A DNA stretch of 64,000 bases, taken from assembly GCA_030265395.1 (NCBI GenBank), contig JARFYF010000059.1, positions 18,406,207 through 18,470,206 on the forward strand, read 5' to 3'. The DNA is from Rhina ancylostomus. Lineage: Eukaryota. The notes below the pieces were generated by a model. It did no database searches. It was not told the origin of the DNA and saw only the letters and a program-made list of their open reading frames with translations. Shown piece after piece: positions 1-14,760 of the stretch. The translations under genes and the position numbers were made by a program. Position 1 is the first letter of the stretch. Every line of letters starts with the position of its first letter.

Positions 1-126
1 AACCTTGTCAAACACCTTACTAAAATCCATGTAGACCACATCTACTGCACTGCCTTCATCAATCTGCCTGGTCACCTCCTCAAAGAATCCTATCAGGCTT
101 GTGAGACATGATCTGCCCTTCACAAA
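1..126 (-). mobile_element. CR1-type LINE reverse transcriptase fragment
   Basis: Translates FVKGRSCLTSLIGFFEEVTRQIDEGSAVDVVYMDFSKVFDKV, typical of CR1 ORF2. Confidence 0.9.
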
Positions 127-129
127 ACT

Positions 130-1510
130 CCATGAGAAAAGTTGACCTCCAGTTAGCTGCAAATGGATAGGATTAAATTAAAAAAGGTTTACGATGCTGT
201 CATGAAGAATATATTAGAAGAATTGTGGAAGCAGCAATGAATGACTAAAAAAAAGTTATTAAGAAATAAGAAAAATAGCACGAAACAAAAATGGTTGTTC
301 CTGCAATATTTAAGAGTAGCAACAATTAAATGCAAATCCCATGAAGGAAATGACTGGAGAATTAAAATAGGGAATGAAGTGGCTATAGCATTAAATATTT
401 TGTATGTCTTTACCGCAGGAGATTTATAGACTGTAAGAAGCTTAGTCATTAACATCACTACAAAAAAGTACTGGAGAAATTAAGGGAACTAAAAGTAGAC
501 AAATTTACTCAACCTGATATCTCCTGTTGCAAGGTCTGAAAAGAGGCAGCTGCAAAGATGGTGATTACAGTAGTATAGATTTTTCAAAATTCCCTAATTT
601 CTGCAAGTCTCTGCAGATTTGAATGTAACAACTGTATCATCGTTATCTAAGGAGACATAAAATAGGTTACTATCAACAAATTAGTCTGGAATCTGTTGCT
701 GGCAAAATCATTAAGGATTCAGTCATATATCAGTTAGAAAATTGTAAGATTCATGCTGATGCCACTAATCATATGGAGAAATTTATCAAAGTTTGAAAAT
801 ATATCTAGCACTAAGTGATATAAATATGAATTAGAAAAAATCATAGGGATAAACAGAGTTTTCAGGTGGAAGACTGCTGTATTAATGATTTTGATGAGAA
901 GACGGAGCAACCAATTCAAGTTTGTTGCCAACACAAAAGCTTCATAAGGTTGTCTAGAGAATGCAGAAAGTCTGAAAAGAAATATAGACAGTTGGAGTGA
1001 GTAGGTAGAAAAGTGGCAGATGGAGTATAATGTGAAAAAATGGAAAAACAGTTTGGGTGACACTAACTGTTGCTGTACAAAGGGCCATTAGTGTGCTGGT
1101 TCATGAGGTGCTAAAAGTAAACATGTAGTTATTAGCAATGTTAGGAAGGCAAAATGGTATGTAGGACTTTATTGCAAGTGTTTGGAGTTCAAAAGTAAGA
1201 AAGTTATGCTGTGATTGGCAAGAGCAGTGAACTGTTGTGTGCTGTTTGGGTCTCTGTACCTGAAGGAGGATATGCATGCCTCGGAGATAGTGCAACATAA
1301 ATATACCAGATTGGGATGAAGGGGATGACCTTTGTGGAGAGCCGTTAAAATGGGGATACTCAAGCTTAGAAGAATGAGAGAAGATATCATTGAAATAATT
1401 ATGATCAAATAATGCAGGGATCAGAAATTGGACCTAAAGCACAGAATCAAACCCGATCTTACTGAATAGCAAAACAGGTTTGAATTGCTGTCTGAATTGC
1501 TCTTGCTTCT
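130..1510 (+). mobile_element. Degenerate CR1 LINE ORF2 remnant
   Basis: Decayed motifs (VLEKLRELKVDK, FQNSL, WQMEYNV.K, GSVLWSPYL-like) with many stops and frameshifts; boundaries approximate. Confidence 0.7.
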
Positions 1511-2432
1511 CCTATTAACACTCATCATACCTCTTGACCACCTATACAAGGAGGACAACTACACCTTCACCAGTTCATCAATATACTTGAAGTGTCTGAT
1601 AGCATTCTAATAAATGCCTTCTATAACAAGGCCTTAATAGGCTTCCTAAAGATTGATGCCATTATTGAATACAGTACTCAAGATATAACCAGCAAGGTAT
1701 ACAGGGTTAGCAGATCCATGTACCTTCTGTACTCTAGTCAATGGGAGGCAAGGTTCCCAAATCCCTTTACAGCCTTCTCAACTGGAACTGCCATCTTCAA
1801 AAATGTGAATGTACACCATCTCAGATCTCAGTGTTCTTGAAACTGTCAGTTATTTAATCACATTGAACACCATCTTGGCTAACAGTTCCAGCATTGATTA
1901 TTGAGTGGTGAATGGGGCTGGAAACCAAGGGCAAATTTTTCACTGGCCTCAATGAGCTTAAAGATTGACATGAAACCAAATGACCTGTCTAGATCAGCTC
2001 CTCATTGGTATCGCAACTGAGCAACCAGGGAAGCCCCTGTTGTTGCTATCACACAATCAATCATGTTTGCATTGTTTTTCATGTATAGAGGTGGTTATTG
2101 TTTGGAGAGCAGTGTGTTAATTCCCATCTGCGGTAAAACGCTGAAGTGAGAAAAAGGAAGGTATGAAGGAGTAGCTTCACAAAGGAAAGAAAGGTGTAGA
2201 GACAAATGCCAGATCTCAAGGTTCAAATGGTAGACAAACAAACAGAAATCATATGCAGTGCACTCTCAAAAGCTGAGATGAGTAACAGAAGCACCCTATT
2301 TTCCTCAATATCAGCTGAAATGTGGGGTTTGGGAATGGACTGAAGGTATGGGGAAGGGGACCAATAAGATGAAAACAGAAATGTGTAAATGAGAGAATTA
2401 TCTGATGAGATCCATGATTTCCCTCCCCAAAA

Positions 2433-2750
2433 GGGTGGCACTGTGGAACAGCAGTTAGTACTGCTGCCTGATTGCTCCAGGAACCTGGGTTCAGTCCTGA
2501 CCTTGAAACTATAGTCACAAAGCAAGGGTGCAGTTTCCTCCAAATGTCCAGTTTCCTGCTACATCTCAAAGATGCAGTGGTCAGTTAATCAGCCACTATA
2601 AATTACCTTTTAGTGTGAGTTAACTATAAAAAGAATCAGAAGGGAGTTCACAGTATGTACAAGGACAAAGTTGTACGAGTACAAGGACCTAGGACTACTA
2701 ATGGGATGTTCCCCAGGGAGCTAGCATCGACCCAATGGCTGCCTCCTGTG
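2433..2750 (+). mobile_element. Degenerate tRNA-derived V-SINE (HE1-like)
   Basis: Box-B-like gggttcagtcctgacc head plus a V-domain-like core gtttcctccaaatgtccagtttcctgctacatctcaaag. Confidence 0.55.
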
Positions 2751-2929
2751 TTATAAGAAATTGAACTTCAAGCTATTTTGAGGATTCCTGCACACATCAG
2801 CAATCCTCAAACCTGCTTCCAACAGTACCTCCACTGAAATATGTTTTAAAAACAATCAACAAATAAATTTGAATTGATTCTTAACAAGTAAAATTTCCTT
2901 AAAGGTACAGAGCTCCACTTCAAAGGAAA

Positions 2930-4140
2930 CAGGAAACAGTTACCCAGCCTAATCTCACCTTCCATAGCCTTGCAGGCAATAGCTTTTCATATGCACTTTG
3001 AAATACCAAGTTCTGCTTCCAACAACCATTAAGTACAAAAACTCAAGCTCCCTCTAATTCTCCTACCAATTATTTTAAATCTTTGCCTCCTGGATTTTGA
3101 CCCCTCTGCTAAGGAAAATGTCCTTTCTAATTACTTTAACCAAGCCCATCAATTTTATATACCTCCATTAAATCTCCCCTCAGCCCTCTTCTAAAGCGAA
3201 CAACCCCCAGCTATCTTTTATGTAATGTGGTGGCCAGAATTGTATACAGTACAACTACCGCCTTAAACAGTTATAGCATAACCTTATAACATTCTCTGTC
3301 TCAGCCAAAGAAAAGCATCTCATATGTCTTTTTACCCACCTAATTGACCAGTCCTCCTACCATTAAGGGCCTGGGGACATAAACTCAAAATCTCCTGTTT
3401 CTCCTGAACACTTCCTTAGCCCATTGCGCCTCCCCAAGTGCATTAACACTTATTCTGATGGAATTCTAGGCGCCACTTTCTGCCCAGATGACCAGTTCAT
3501 TGAAATCCAACAATATAAAGTATTCCTCAGTGTCACCCGCATGGACAATCATCAGTAAGCATATTCACACACCCTACATTTAAGTGCAAGTCATTAGTAT
3601 AAACTACAAATAGTGAGGGATCAAGCACCAAGTCCTATGAAGCATCACTGGAAACAGCCTCCCACTTGCTAAAACACCCATCAACATAACCCCTTGCTTC
3701 TTGCTCCCAAGCCAGTTTTGAATCCAATATGCCGCTTCCCTTTGGACTTTAATGTTTTAAAGCAGCCAAACATGGCAGGAACTTCTCAGAAACCTCACTG
3801 AAATAGACTTGGATTACTTCAAAAGCACTGCCCTCATAAAACCACAACAAAAAATTAAATTTAGTCACACTGTCTCTCAACAATTCCATGCTGTATGTCC
3901 TTGATTAATCCATGCCTTCCTAAATGAAGCTTATGTTGTCCTACAGAATTGATTCCACTAATTTGGCCATCACCAAAGTTAAACTAACTGGCCTGTACTT
4001 CCTCCTTTAAACTACAGCTTAATGTTGACAGATAACAAACATTAGCAGTTCTGCACCCTCTGGTTCCACATCTGTAGCCAGGGAGGATTGAAAAATGGTG
4101 GTCAAAGCTTCTGCAATTTCTTCCCTTGCTTTTAAAACCT
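2930..4140 (-). mobile_element. Degenerate CR1 LINE fragment (RT region to 3' end)
   Basis: Reverse-strand CR1 signatures (aaatctcccctcagccctctt, gtggccagaattgtatacagtac, gtcacactgtctctcaacaattccatgctg); boundaries approximate. Confidence 0.65.
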
Positions 4141-7100
4141 GGGCTGGCTGCCCAGATAAACGACCACATCGTCTGCCTTACCTTAGGCAAAATATCAAAT
4201 GGAATCCTGTGAATTCCGGTGGTGTGAATCACTTTGAGACATTTTTATATGCCTGGCATGTGTTCTAGGTCTGTAGTCATAAATGGGAGAATTGTCTTTA
4301 TTATTTTGGAATGAATTTCTGTGCTCAAGACTGAGAATAATTCCCAATGTTTGCTTCTGAGTTCAGTATTGCAAATTCTCATGTAACCTGTGTAGTATAG
4401 ACATGATTTTCCATAAAACTTTCTACCCAGCATTGTCCTGTGTTGCATTGCAGAGATCTCTCCAGTTTGCATACACAGCCATCTGTGATCTGTCCAAGTA
4501 ACACAGACAATTCACATACAAGCCCCACGTCAACAGAATACTGAAACTGTTTCAGATTAATTCTTGGCAATCTTCTTTCCTTCAAGGCCATACAGTCCCA
4601 CTAGTCTATCCTTCCATTCAGTTAGAGGACTGATCCATACTTTAACCACGTTTAGGTATAGATTACACACTCTTTACATCTCAATATACTTACTTAATAA
4701 AAAATCTATCACCCTTAGCCTGAAAAGTTCCAACTGCTCCTCAGTATTCACAGCCTTTCAAGAAAGATTGTTCCAGATCTCATGAAAGCGATTCTTCAAT
4801 TTGCCTCTAATTGTCAGACTGCAACCATTGCTCCCGATTCCCCCCACCCCCACCCAATGCTTTCCCCATCTTATTTTCCAATTCTTATCTTCCATCTTGG
4901 GAGAGTTTATATCCCCCTGGAGTTAGAACATGGAAAGGACTAACAGTGGAATTTTCCTCTTTATACAGGAATTCTTGTGAGGAATTTTCTTTGCTTAAAG
5001 GGGGAGTGGGAAAGTGGAAATAGAGGATACCATTCTTTACACGTTGGTGACCACATTCACCTGCCCACTACACATTTTTTTTCTTTCACTTGATATCTCA
5101 GAGGTGATTATACAGATGGTTAACTTGGCATTGTCTCACCCAGATATGCCCTTACAATCCTCTGCAACCCTCCACATGCTTCCCTCTCCATAGCTCATGA
5201 CATCCTGTGAGACCCCAAATGGCTTGCCAGCAGAGTACACCTGTTACCCCAACAAACCGGCAGAGGGAAGCAACATAATGGTTTATAGCTTTATAAATAA
5301 CAATTGAACACATTGGCTTCAGCCTCAGCTGATGTGGAGAATGAGAGGAACGAGACAGGAGGACAAAGCTGCATTGTTTTTAGGGACTGTATTAAGATGC
5401 ACTTTGAGTTTATACAGTCAACTTAAAGCCTTTCAATTTGAGAGAGACTTTCTTACCAAATAGCTTATTAATCTCAAGTAGGACAGCAGTAATATTCTGT
5501 ACACAAAATTGGAAAATACAATAACACCTGACAAGGTACTGTTTTTTAAAAAAAAAACAAGTTAAAACACTGGGATTTGAACAGATATGTGCAAATGGCT
5601 GGTATTTCTCTCAATAGGTCTCCCATGTATTAAATGAGCAAAACAATACCTACCATTTATAACGTAACACTGTTAAGCAAAAAGATGCTTTATCAAATCA
5701 CCCTCAAACCAACAGTCTTGCACTGGATTGGAGATAGTAGGGAAAGTAGAACCGAACTCGTGCCGAGTGAGAACCTGGCTAAATGTACAAGTACAACCTC
5801 TGTCGGGTTTACAACTCCAGACACTTGTGTCTGGTTACTAGCATGCATCATCCCTGAAGCTTAATTGATTGGCTTTAGAAATTTAGCATGGATCTGCCAA
5901 AGAAATTGACCCCATTTATATTTTGTTTTTTTACTTCCTCCAAGAGTTAACATCACTGTGATTGGTAATATCTAATGAATGGATCAGCTTCTCCTTCCTG
6001 AACCTGGACCAAACACATCATCAGCCCTTATCCATGACGTGTAGGCACAGGGTTGAGAAACTGAAGGACACAGACTTCCTGGAACAAGTATGCAGAAGAG
6101 TAAGTACCTTTACAGAGGAGAACAATAAGGAGAGCCAGGGGGAAAGGAAGGAAATGAGAAGCATGGGTGAGAGGGAAACAAGAATGAGAGAGAGGAGAAA
6201 GAAGAAAGAAAATAAGGAAAAATGAGGAGCCAGTAAGCATGAATGGAACAATTTTAATCTACAGAGAGCTTTCAACAGAACTAAAGATGAAAGCAAAGAT
6301 AAAAAGCAATGAGAGAGGGATAGAAAGTATGGGAAGGGGCCTCGCATACAATCTCCTAAATGGGCATCCCCAGAAGCTTAAACCTTTGAGTTACAACACT
6401 TCCCCTCAATTTATATAACCTGGCTTTAAAAAGCATTGGAATTTCAATATTCAAGCCTTTTGATGCTTGTAATAAAGCAGCTTAATTGACATTTAGCAAA
6501 AAAAATTGCATCACAAGGTTCATAAAAACATTAACTTCAGGAAGAGTGAGTCATTACCAATAGCAATGAGATTTGGGACTTCTCCCTCTCCTGAAGGCAC
6601 CAATTCTAACTTGGCTGTGTCGGTTCTGTGATGCCAGGGTAGGTGGGTTCCAGTATGATTGGTGCAAGGGGAGGGGAGTGCCGGGACCCTGGCAGCCCAC
6701 CATTACCTTATCCATAGACCATTTGTTATCCTTGAGCATCAGCATTGACTGGGGGGAGACCTTATTGCTGAGCACAGCCCTGGTCTTGTCCCGATTCAGT
6801 CACTTTCCAACTAGAGGCACGACCAGGATTTCTCCACTATGTGTGGCAGAATTCTACACTGTGCACAGCTACAACCTGCTATTGTAGTATAATTTTGGAC
6901 AAATATCCCCAGATTACCAGTAACATACAAGAACTATTAGATACAGCATTCGGATATGGAGAATTTTCCAATGATNNNNNNNNNNNNNNNNNNNNNNNNN
7001 NNNNNNNNNNNNNNNNNNNNNNNNNNNNNNNNNNNNNNNNNNNNNNNNNNNNNNNNNNNNNNNNNNNNNNNNNNNNNNNNNNNNNNNNNNNNNNNNNNNN

Positions 7101-8003
7101 NNNNNNNNNNNNNNNNNNNNNNNNNNNNNNNNNNNNNNNNNNNNNNNNNNNNNNNNNNNNNNNNNNNNNNNNNNNNNNNNNNNNNNNNNNNNNNNNNNNN
7201 NNNNNNNNNNNNNNNNNNNNNNNNNNNNNNNNNNNNNNNNNNNNNNNNNNNNNNNNNNNNNNNNNNNNNNNNNNNNNNNNNNNNNNNNNNNNNNNNNNNN
7301 NNNNNNNNNNNNNNNNNNNNNNNNNNNNNNNNNNNNNNNNCTCCTTTTCACAAGAATCCTGAACAACTCTGAGTTCTCAGGGGAGCAGGGTGACCCTGGC
7401 TGGGGTTCACTTTGGGATGGTGTATGATACCAAGGGTGATTGATAGTGGTAGGAGTTATTTATGGTAGATTGTACTGGACTTGATAATACACCATAGCAT
7501 TGGGTGTGGGGTGGGTGGGTTAGGGATGGTATACTTTGGTTGGGGGCACTGTAGTGGGCCAGTACATTAGAGAGGGGTGGGGTTAGGAAGAGTACACTGT
7601 AGCTGGGGAGGGAGGTAGTTTACGGACTGTACACTATGGAGGGTACCGGGGGTTAATGATGGTGATGAGGGATATTATGCTGAGCAGAATCTGTAGAATC
7701 AGTTCCAGAGTTTGCAAGTTCTGGTTAGGATCATGGTTTTCTTGTCCCTCAGCCCATGTCCCTAACCTCTGGCATTATTCTCCCTGAAACAACACTCAAT
7801 GCAACAGGAACAGCCTTCCACGAACGTGCAAAGAAAGTGCAAATATGTACAAGTGAACACAGCACTCCCCCCACCTCCTCACCCCACCACCCTCTCCCCA
7901 GATGAAAACACATGATGTTTCCAAAGAATGTTTAAAGAAGGTCAGGAGTGTGGTGGCTGGCTGGACTAGCTGTTAGCTGGGAGCTGCTCCTGGTGACTTG
8001 CTG

Positions 8004-8125
8004 TCAATCTTCAATGCAGATTACATCACTGACTTTATCTTTCCTTTCTCCTGCTTCCATTTCCTTCAGTCCTTCCGACAAGTGCTTTTTATCTGGGACA
8101 CTCACAGCAGAAATATTTGTGGTCG
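8004..8125 (-). CDS. CHD5: CHD5 terminal coding exon ending ...SDVICIED*
   Basis: tttgcag|(A)TTNISAVSVPDKKHLSEGLKEMEAGERKDKVSDVICIED-TGA; phase 1 fits the preceding exon; not in ORF track. Confidence 0.8.
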
Positions 8126-8918
8126 CTGCAAACAAGCAGAATTCCTTTAGTATATTTTTCTTCCAGCAGGCAAAATTCATTTTTTTCCTAAACTAAATTT
8201 CTATAGTGCCTTTAATGTGGCAAAACTTCCCATGGAGTTTCACAGCTGCATAACAGGTGATAAGTTATCCAGGACGAGACTTTAGGACCAAACACTCAGT
8301 TAAAAAGTTTTTAAGGATCATCTTGAAGTGGAGAGGTGAGAGGTTTGCAGAGGAAATTGCAGATAGTGCCTTGGCAACTGAAGGGACAGGGGCAAAAGTT
8401 CAGGAGATCCAACTGAGGCAGAAACCCCACCCCAAAGGTTTGCATTGCACCAGTTTTGCTAGAGATATTTAGTTTTATCCATTGTTTGGCTCACCAGAGC
8501 TGCATTAGCCATGATCTTTAATCCTAAAATTCCCTCTGGACAATCATTTAATCTAGACCACTGTGTCCATGAGGCCAGTGAGATGTCCTGCCCCAGATTA
8601 TCCTGATTCTCAGCACAAGGTGATCAGGGAGTGCGCCATGCCAAATTCAATCCACTATAGCAAGGGAAAGAATTCCTTCCTCCTAAGCAACGTTCTTTAT
8701 GATCATTCATTTTTTAGGACTGGGCATCTTCTTATTGCCCAAACCTAGATGCCCTGGATAGAATGAGTGTCTTGCTATGCCACCTCAATGATCATGGGGA
8801 AGGAGATTAGAGTTACAAGTCTGGTAGCTTCATGGTCACTTTTACTGACACCAGCCCTTATTTTCCAGATTTGTAGTTGAGGAATTTAGATGCAAGGATC
8901 TGCACTTCTCAGACCTAC

Positions 8919-9033
8919 CGCTGATATAGGGACCCAGTGGCATCTGGTTGTAGTTGATGAGGGTTCCTGTCCCTGGCCCTCGGAAGGTGGGCCCAAAGCT
9001 GTTACCGTACATCTGTGCTGCTCCATACTGACC
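8919..9033 (-). CDS. CHD5: CHD5 exon (~exon 40), CHD5-type C-terminal segment
   Basis: cacag|[38 protein letters not shown]|gtaggt; 115 nt; alternative in-frame acceptor at 9046-9047. Confidence 0.9.
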
Positions 9034-9544
9034 CTGTGGGAACGGCTGCAAAACATGGTTCATTTAAACAAAAATAAACCAAGTGGTCAAACAAAGTGTG
9101 GAGCAGAGAATTCACAACTTTAACCCTCTCCTTGTCTACAGGCATTGAATAAGTGATCATCCAGTGTCAAGGGCACTGACCATCTTGTGCTTTGGACTTT
9201 TGACTACAGATGGAATCTCAGTCACAAGTGACCCTGCCCTCACCCAGTGTAGACACTCACACAAACACACTCACACCCTCCACAAACAGGGAGCTTTACT
9301 GTATCCAGCCTGTGTTGTATCTGCCCTGAGACTGATGGTGCATGTGACACCTGATGAGGGAATATCTTCTGTTAATACCTTTCTCATTAATAAAGAGAAA
9401 ATTCACACCAAAATAATGCCACAGAACATGTGTACTGAGCCTTTCTGACCCATCACTGCTGACTGGAAGAGTGAGGCCCTGTGGATTCTTTGGGATATGT
9501 CGCCCAAGGGAAGTGAGAGCGGATTAAACAGTAATGCTCCCTCA

Positions 9545-9868
<324 letters not shown>

Positions 9869-12800
9869 TTATCACAGTAACAGCACACACTAGGCACAGC
9901 AACATTCAGGAGGGCAGTGACAGGAACAGGAGCCATTAATAACAGAAGCTGCTACTAACAGCTAGCAACAGGAGGCCATCTAAACCCTTGTTCTAGATGT
10001 AGAACTCAGCTCTAATATTATGCTCAGCAACTTGCCTTTAAATGGACTCATTTTTGCTGCTTTACCCTGTTATGAACTTCAATCCTTGTGTGTGCACTGG
10101 AGAAATGATAGATTGTGCAGAATGAATCACAACATCCCGAACTGGTGTCTGGCTGCTGTACACAAGTCACAGGGTTCAGAGGGGTAGTGGTTTTTTTTTA
10201 GAGTAGTTCAGAAAGCAAAAGATTGAGATATTAAATTAAAAACAAAACTGTAAGGGTCTGGCATTAGTGAAAGCGACCATGAAGCTGTTAGGACACAATT
10301 GGTTCCCTAATGGAAGGAACCCTGCAAACCTTGCCTAGTCTGGGCCACTAAGCAACTCCAGTCTCATGTCAAAGTTGGTGATTTTTAACTAACTCTGAAG
10401 TGGTGTCTCAGCTATACTAAAACTTGTGTAGGCAAATGGTTCAAGTCAGCCGCTTCTCGGGTCATTTGCTAGGCAATAAAGTCCAATCCTGGGGAGGACT
10501 TCCACATGCCAAGAACAGCACTGCTGCTCAACCTAGCTTTACTGCTGCAGGTGGGAGCAGGCTGCTGTTGAAGTTAAAGGGACATCATCTCTGATTAGTG
10601 GATTGATCCTGAGCCAATCAAAGCACAATCCCAGGTTCAGAGTCAGGCTCAGTTTGCTAAACTTAACAACAATGGTAAAATCTTGGTCTTAGGGGCAATG
10701 GGGGAGGAGTCTTAATTAAACTTGATGTGCACTTCCCTCTCCTCCCTACCCCACCCCCGCCGAAAATAAACACAAAAAATGCTGGAAAATCTGTTTATAT
10801 CTCAGATTTCCAGCATCTGCAGTTGTTTTATTAGCTTACAGTTCCGCTGCACCTCCCACACCACCACCACGTTCAGTCCCTTACTTTCTTCTGAGCAGTA
10901 TGATTCCACTGAGATTGCTACCCTTCTACCTCAGGAACAAGAGACACAAGGAGACTCATTGAGAGAGAGAGAGAGAAGTATGCTGGGCCGGGGAGGTTGG
11001 TGGTAAGAGGAAGAAAATAGCTGATAATTCATTGGTCTACAAACTGAACAAGTACAAATCACCTCCAACTGCCTCATAGTGAAATCAGGGCTTCAAATTA
11101 ACAATACAACAGAGAATAGCATCAGCAGTCAATAAGATCCTAAACAATTAAAAGCCAGTTTTACTAGGTCCACATGAATATAAACACTTCCTGCACCAGC
11201 TTCCATGGGAAGTATGGTGCAAGAGGAAGAAATCATAACTTCAAAACAAGTTTTACTACAAAAATACAAAATGGGGAGTATGAGTACATATTCTCCTTAA
11301 CTGTCTCTGCTCCAAGGAGAGATACAATACCCATGCTCAAAATCATGAACAACTTTGAAAAGTAAATAAATTATTTCCACTTGCAGGGAGATTGGTAAGC
11401 AAAGGATTCAAATTTAATTCAAACTAGCAAAAGACCTAAAATAAAGGTGAGTCTTTACTTAGTTTATGCAGCAAGTTCTGGAATACACTGACCTGAATGA
11501 GTGGTGGAAATCAATCCAATAACTTGCAGAATACAACCATGCAAATATGCACAGGGGTGTAATTTACAGGATTTTGGAAACAAATAGGGGACTAGCACAG
11601 GTATAACTGGTTAGGTAGCCACCTTCTGTGCTGTAGAATTCTAGGGTTCTAGATCAGCACTGTACAACATACAGCATTAAGTATATTATCCCTCTGTACT
11701 TTACAGAACAAGGAGAATGTTGCCTCTGTGCATTGAACAGAATAAGGAGAATATTCCTTTTGTGCAGTGTAATGAATGAGTACACTATCCCTATGTACAA
11801 TCCCAAATTATAGCTTGTAATTATGCAACACCTTTAACTTAATTAAATATCCAAGTGATTCACAGCAACATTATCAAGCAAAATCCACAAAGTACACATC
11901 AGGAGAGGTAACTGAAGGCTTGCTGAGAAAGGTAGTTTTATGGAGCATCTTTGAGAGAGTGGGAGAATGAGAGCTTGGGGCAAGGATTTCCAGAGCTTCT
12001 AAGCAGCCAAAAGTACAATCACCAATGGATTGCAAGAGCTCTAAAGTGCTGGAGGGCAGAGATCTCAGCCTGACTTACAGCTGGAGGCGGCTAAAGAGAG
12101 GAGGTGGGTGAGACTAAGGAATGATTTGGAAAGGATGCAAATTTTAAAACTGAAGCTTTACTTGACTGAAACGGAATGGTGTTGAGGGAGCACACAGACC
12201 AGGCGGGCAGTGGGCAGGAATTCGGTCAATAATGTCAAGATTATGGAGATGGGAGTCTGGCCAGGAGAGGATTTCATAGCCAAATTCTAGAGATAACAAA
12301 GACTCGGATAAAGGTTTCTGCAGCAGAGGTGAGGAAGAGCTGGATGATGTTGCAAAGCAGTGGAAAGCAGTCCAAGAATGATGAAAGGATCAAAAATGAC
12401 CTACAGCTGTAAACCATCCAGTGCAGCACCAGATAACAGCGAGGGAGAGGGCATGGTGTCCTATATCAGCAACCCAGGGAAAGATAAAGACTATTTCTGT
12501 ATGTTGTTGTTGAGGAAAAGGAAGAACCGAGGATCTGGGATTGGTGGAGGGAGGTCAAACTCTACGTTAACTGTGCTGGAATGGGAAAAATGCTGTTATG
12601 CTGTTATTGCAGATGTTTCTCATGCTGCAGTTTGATCAATAGAAGCAGCAGCAGCCGAAATTGAGAAGGTATTTTTAGAGACTGGAGTCAAATGTACCTA
12701 ACACTGCATCAAGGGGAGGGGTATCATGTAGGAGGATACATAACAAAGGGTACACTCTCTGTGTAGTGTACAGGGTTATATTCCCTGTGTGTCACACAGG

Positions 12801-13774
12801 AGTAGATTCCCCAGATATTTATGTGAATAAGTATAATTTGTGTACTGAAGAGTGAGGCATTATGCCTGAAATCCAGTTCTTTCAAGTGCAGAGTAACTAA
12901 CACCATCCACCTCTGCCCCCTGGTGGGCTTGGCATGTGGTACCGCAACGAGCTGAGCAGGGAAACGTGGAGCAGGTTGCTGATATGGAGTGAGACTTACA
13001 CTAATCGCTCACATTTCCACGTTAGCCAGAGGCTCAGTGTGGTTTATCCAATGCATGGTGTTAGTTCATTTACCACAGGCCTTGAAGCTCAAAACAAATC
13101 CACTTTAGCTCATTTCTTTAGTTATTGTCAAATTTCCACCATAAATCATTCCAAACAGGAATGAATTAACTGCTCCCTCTGCTGGTGAAGCTGGTTAATA
13201 AAGACCCAGTTTTAGATACTGAGATAAACAAATTGAGGGAACCCAGGCCCAAATATTTAGCCAGAGATGGAGGAGTCAAGCTCCCTCTGCACTGTACCAT
13301 TAACACTCCCAGAGCAGGTACAAACATTAATCATACAATAGAGTATAGGTCCTTCCACACTGAGCCACCAGTCACTCCCAAGGCAGCTCAACAAAGCCCC
13401 CTCTTTACTGTCTTAAAACTATACATTAATTTTCCCCAAGTAAACCCATCCCCCTCACTCCACTATGTAGTATTGTCTGTACCATGCAACCTGGCAGCTG
13501 TTGAAACTCGGACTGAGATGAGCCAGGCTGAGCCTGGTTGTCAGCAGAGCAGCCCAGAGTTTTTAAGATCAGTGTGATAATACATCTCTAGTCCTTACTG
13601 TTTCAAATATTTTTTATATCCAAAAATAAATTAAGATCACAATTACACCAGAGGCACTTCATTACAAAAAGCTGAATTTATTAGCAGATTCGCTAAAAAA
13701 AAGGAACAATTTTTACAAGATATTGCGGGGCTGTGCAATGGTGCCGAAACTATCCTCTTATCTTTCAATCTCTA

Positions 13775-14452
<678 letters not shown>

Positions 14453-14559
14453 CTACACCACCACAGATTCCCAAACTGCTTTTCAACCGATAACTTTGTG
14501 AATTGTAAAAACAAGGCCACTCCCTCACACAATCCAATTTCCCACAAATTGTAACAATC

Positions 14560-14760
14560 AGACAATCCGAAACAGCCAGACAGATATCAGCCCGGACACC
14601 CAGGAATATTTCCTGCTTTTTAAAGTAGGCTATGGGATCTTTCACATTCCCCTCAGAAAACAAAGGGTGGTGCATCTGACAGTGTTCCCACAGTGCTGCA
14701 CTGAGACACCAGCTCTACAACAGCCACTCAAATCTCTGGTTTGAATCAACAAATTTCCAA
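14560..14760 (-). mobile_element. Ancient Deu-domain SINE (SacSINE1/AmnSINE-like) remnant; related copies near 34130-34450 and 37170-37410
   Basis: gggatctttcacattcccctcaga...catctgacagtg...cagtgctgcactgaga resembles the Deu core as I recall it. Confidence 0.45.

Noticed and set aside
4245-4591. Overlapping minus-strand ORFs, considered as a neighbouring gene (e.g. KCNAB2 region)
   Set aside because: No recognisable homology or consistent splice signals
5280-5720. Possible CHD5 3'UTR end / polyadenylation site
   Set aside because: AT-rich and UTR-like, but I found no canonical AATAAA/ATTAAA on the minus strand here, so the site cannot be placed without RNA data
5962-6347. Lys/Glu/Arg-rich and Leu/Phe/Ser-rich ORFs
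   Set aside because: By-product of a purine-rich low-complexity tract downstream of the CHD5 stop, with no supporting splice structure
6841-7372. Long ORFs in the track here and at other gaps (40010, 45667, 51282, 56442, 59593)
   Set aside because: They are open only because they run through N-gaps; there is no coding evidence
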